Source of the DNA: Thermoproteota archaeon
GTDB lineage: Archaea > Thermoproteota > EX4484-205 > JAAOZP01
Direction: 5' to 3'
Assembly: GCA_038867695.1 (NCBI GenBank)
Contig: JAWBXT010000001.1
Location: forward strand, 169-64,168
DNA length: 64,000 nt
Part shown: piece after piece, positions 61,296 through 64,000 of the stretch
Numbering within the stretch: the stretch's first letter is position 1
How the letters are laid out: each line of letters begins with the position of its first letter
Notes under the pieces: generated by a model
Told to the model about the DNA's origin: nothing
What the model saw: the letters and a program-made list of their open reading frames with translations, nothing else
Databases searched by the model: none
Made by a program: the position numbers and the translations under genes

Positions 61296-62384
61296 ATGGC
61301 TGGATTGCTCGAGATAGATGGCTCCATGGGGGAAGGCGGAGGACAGGTTTTAAGGACTGCTGTAGCTCTTTCAGCACTCTTGAAAAAGCCCGTCAGAGTC
61401 TTTAACATTAGGGCTAAGCGTTCAAACCCTGGCTTAAGGCCGCAGCACCTTGCAGCTGTAAAAGCTGTAGCGAGGCTGACTGGAAGCAGGGTTGAGGGGC
61501 TGGAGGTCGGCTCTAAGCAGATATTTTTTACACCGGGCGAGGTTAGGGCCTCCGATATTGAACTTGATGTTGGGACCGCTGGAAGCATATCTCTGGTTCT
61601 TCAAGCAATAATGCCTGTCTTGGCTTTCAACCCTAGGGAGGCTAATCTGATTCTTAAAGGAGGCACTGATAACCCTAGAGCACCACCCATAGACTATGTG
61701 AGAGAAGTTTTAGCAGAAACCCTTTCCAGAATGGATTATGATGTTGAAATAAAAGTTGAACGCAGAGGATTCTACCCTAGAGGTGGGGGGATAGTGCGAT
61801 TCAAATCAAGACCTGTTAAAAGCCTGAAGCCGTTTGACCTCACTGATTTCCCGGGACTGAAGAGCGTTAAAATTTTTGTATACAGCTCCAGACTGCCGGG
61901 GCACGTGGCTGAAAGGATCGCCGGCTCAGCATCTTCCCTGCTAAAAAGAGAATTTGGCATCGAGCCGCTGGTTGAATACGAGATTATGAGCGGAGGGGAG
62001 CGTAATGCCCCATTAGACCCTGGCTGCGGAATATTGATAATCGGAAGACTAGAGAATAATGCTGTGTTTGCATCAAGCGCCCTTGGAGAGAAGGGTAAGC
62101 CTTCTGAGAAGGTTGGCGGCGAGGCTGCTGCAGAGTTTATCAGACAAGTTAAGCATAAGGCTCCAGTAGACAAGAACCTAGCTGATCAGCTTGTAGTATA
62201 TGCGGCCCTAGCAGAGGGTGTTTCAGCGCTAAGGACCCATGAGGTTACGCTGCATACTTTGACGACTATAAGACTTGTAGAGCTTTTCTTACCTGTCAGG
62301 TTTGAAGTAAATGGTGAAGTAGGCTCCCCTGGCGGTTATAGAGTTAACGGAGTAGGTTTTAAGCAGAATAGGATTGGAGACTAA
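61296..62384 (+). CDS. rtcA: RNA 3'-terminal phosphate cyclase
   Basis: DGSMGEGGGQVLR; PGLRPQH; GFYPRGGG; ADQL; TLH. Confidence 0.95.
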   Translation: MAGLLEIDGSMGEGGGQVLRTAVALSALLKKPVRVFNIRAKRSNPGLRPQHLAAVKAVARLTGSRVEGLEVGSKQIFFTPGEVRASDIELDVGTAGSISLVLQAIMPVLAFNPREANLILKGGTDNPRAPPIDYVREVLAETLSRMDYDVEIKVERRGFYPRGGGIVRFKSRPVKSLKPFDLTDFPGLKSVKIFVYSSRLPGHVAERIAGSASSLLKREFGIEPLVEYEIMSGGERNAPLDPGCGILIIGRLENNAVFASSALGEKGKPSEKVGGEAAAEFIRQVKHKAPVDKNLADQLVVYAALAEGVSALRTHEVTLHTLTTIRLVELFLPVRFEVNGEVGSPGGYRVNGVGFKQNRIGD

Positions 62385-62423
62385 TGTTTATCAATACTCT
62401 AAACGAGGGTAGGGGGATTAGGG

Positions 62424-62954
62424 ATGGATAAGAATCCTCTCTACATCGGCCGTTTCCAGCCCGTTCACAGGGGCCATGTGCATGCCATAAAGTATATTCT
62501 TTCAAACCACAATTGTGTTATCATAGCTATAGGAAGTTCTTTGACAAGCCATGAGAAGGATAATCCTTTCACATTCGGGGAAAGGCTTCAAATGCTACGC
62601 CTCGCCTTCGAGGAGGCTGGGATAGATAGTGACAGATGCGTAGTAACTGGTGTTCCTGACGTACCGAGCATGCACTTCCTCTGGGTCCGGATGGTTGAAG
62701 CCATGTCGCCTCCTTTTGAAGTGGTTTATACTAATCAGCCTTTTACGAGGAGGCTTTTCACCGAGGCAGGTTACGAAGTAAGGCCCATACCATACCTTGA
62801 GAGAGAGAAATACTCCGGCATAGAGATAAGGAGGAGGATACTTTCAGGCGAGGACTGGAGCCAGCTGGTTCCCGCTAAAGTATTTGAGTACATAAAGGAA
62901 ATCCAAGGCATTGAGAGAATAAGAGCTTTAGCAGCTTCCGACGAGGCTTTTTAA
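62424..62954 (+). CDS. nadM: Nicotinamide-nucleotide adenylyltransferase
   Basis: GRFQPVHRGH; NPFTFGER; SGIEIR. Confidence 0.93.
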   Translation: MDKNPLYIGRFQPVHRGHVHAIKYILSNHNCVIIAIGSSLTSHEKDNPFTFGERLQMLRLAFEEAGIDSDRCVVTGVPDVPSMHFLWVRMVEAMSPPFEVVYTNQPFTRRLFTEAGYEVRPIPYLEREKYSGIEIRRRILSGEDWSQLVPAKVFEYIKEIQGIERIRALAASDEAF

Positions 62955-63000
62955 GGCTGGAGGAGCATTTATAAACTGTTTTACAAGCCGGTTCTTAAGA

Positions 63001-63720
63001 ATGGAGCCGGGATCGCTCATACTCGTCGACTACACCCTCACCGTGAAAGAGACCGGTAGCGTCATAGAGACGACAATAGAGGAGGATGCGAAGAAAGCGT
63101 TGATCTACAGGGAAGGCGAGAAGTATTCTCCCAAGTTGGTTTACTTAGGCGGGAAGTGGGTTCTAGAAAGCTGGGAAGAAGAATTGCTGAAAAGCGAGGT
63201 AGGTGTAGAAAGAACCGTCGAAATACCTCCGGAGAAGGCATACGGCTTTAGGGATCCTAACAAGGTTAAAACCTATGCTGCAAGGAGGTTCTCAAAGCCT
63301 CAAGAGCTTACTCCAGGTGCACTAGTCGAGGTAGATAATAGGATAGGCGTCGTCAGAAACATTAGTGGAGGCAGAATCCAAGTTGATTTTAACCCTCCGC
63401 TAGCAGGTAAGACACTCATATACAAGTTTAAAGTAGTAAAAGTCTTAGAAGAGGATGTAGAGAAAGTGAAGTATCTCGTCAACAGGAGGCTTCCGGAGGC
63501 CTCTATTGAAGAAATCCTCGTGGAAGTGGAGGGGGATACTGTCACTGTGAGGCTTCCGAATAAAGTCCTGCTCTCCGAGGATATTCAACAGATTAAGAAG
63601 GCTGTTTTTGAAGATATTGTAGGAATAATAAAAGGTGTTAAGGCAGTCAGGTTTATAGATGTTTTTGCAATTCCCGAAGAGCCAAAGAGCAAGACTGCTG
63701 AAGAGAACACTCCTTCCTAG
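63001..63720 (+). CDS. Long-type FKBP peptidyl-prolyl isomerase
   Basis: VDYT; IPPEKAYG; VDFNPPLAGKTL. Confidence 0.92.
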   Translation: MEPGSLILVDYTLTVKETGSVIETTIEEDAKKALIYREGEKYSPKLVYLGGKWVLESWEEELLKSEVGVERTVEIPPEKAYGFRDPNKVKTYAARRFSKPQELTPGALVEVDNRIGVVRNISGGRIQVDFNPPLAGKTLIYKFKVVKVLEEDVEKVKYLVNRRLPEASIEEILVEVEGDTVTVRLPNKVLLSEDIQQIKKAVFEDIVGIIKGVKAVRFIDVFAIPEEPKSKTAEENTPS

Positions 63721-63725
63721 ACTCC

Positions 63726-64000
63726 CTATTCTAGAATTTCAGCCTTAATCAGAACTAGCTTCCTTTCAGGACAGTTGAAAGTGCCGATTACTTCTATCAC
63801 TCTGACTCTACGGTTAGCGATGAGTGCATTGAATAAAATGGGGCACTCTTCCACCATCCCGCAATCTGTCTTACATAAGGAGTCGTCAAGGTTAAGCTCC
63901 GTCACTGCCCCCTCTCTAATCCTCCCAGAAGAGGCGACTAAGACTATTGGTTCAAGAGAAACTTCGTAGGGAACAGCCTCGTCGCCTCTGAGCATACAGT
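63726..64000 (-). CDS. Probable UPF0179-family Cys-rich protein, 5' end outside the window
   Basis: Frame open to the window edge (CMLRGDEAV...); 'EG', C-x3-C-x5-CP and 'CP' pattern. Confidence 0.55.
   Translation of the reverse strand, partial: CMLRGDEAVPYEVSLEPIVLVASSGRIREGAVTELNLDDSLCKTDCGMVEECPILFNALIANRRVRVIEVIGTFNCPERKLVLIKAEILE

Overview
Archaeal chromosomal window, most consistent with a TACK lineage: unsplit RpoB, fused RpoA'/A'', both a PolB and the PolD small subunit, ESCRT-III/Vps4 (Cdv) genes, and a splicing endonuclease with a crenarchaeal-type specificity loop. It is mostly core genes: a tRNA cluster (Ala, His, 2x Thr), rpiA, two ESCRT-III genes plus Vps4/CdvC, a complete trpEGDCFBA operon, gatCA, RPA, Alba, DP1, an ECF transporter, the exosome/proteasome superoperon, polB, ino1, fen, EF-1beta, pth2, glyS, endA, a two-intron tRNA-Tyr, rpoH-rpoB-rpoA-L30e-nusA-S12-S7, EF-1alpha, psmB, rtcA, nadM and an FKBP. 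Two regions look accessory: 1-1.45 kb (methyltransferase tail and a gene split by one stop codon) and about 52.6-57.9 kb between rps7 and EF-1alpha (guaB, a truncated hydrolase, a radical SAM/SPASM enzyme coupled to a 97-aa precursor-like ORF, decayed hicBA and other remnants). The best candidate for an undescribed system is the precursor-like ORF plus SPASM maturase pair, a putative archaeal RiPP locus. All calls come from reading motifs by eye; no searches were run.
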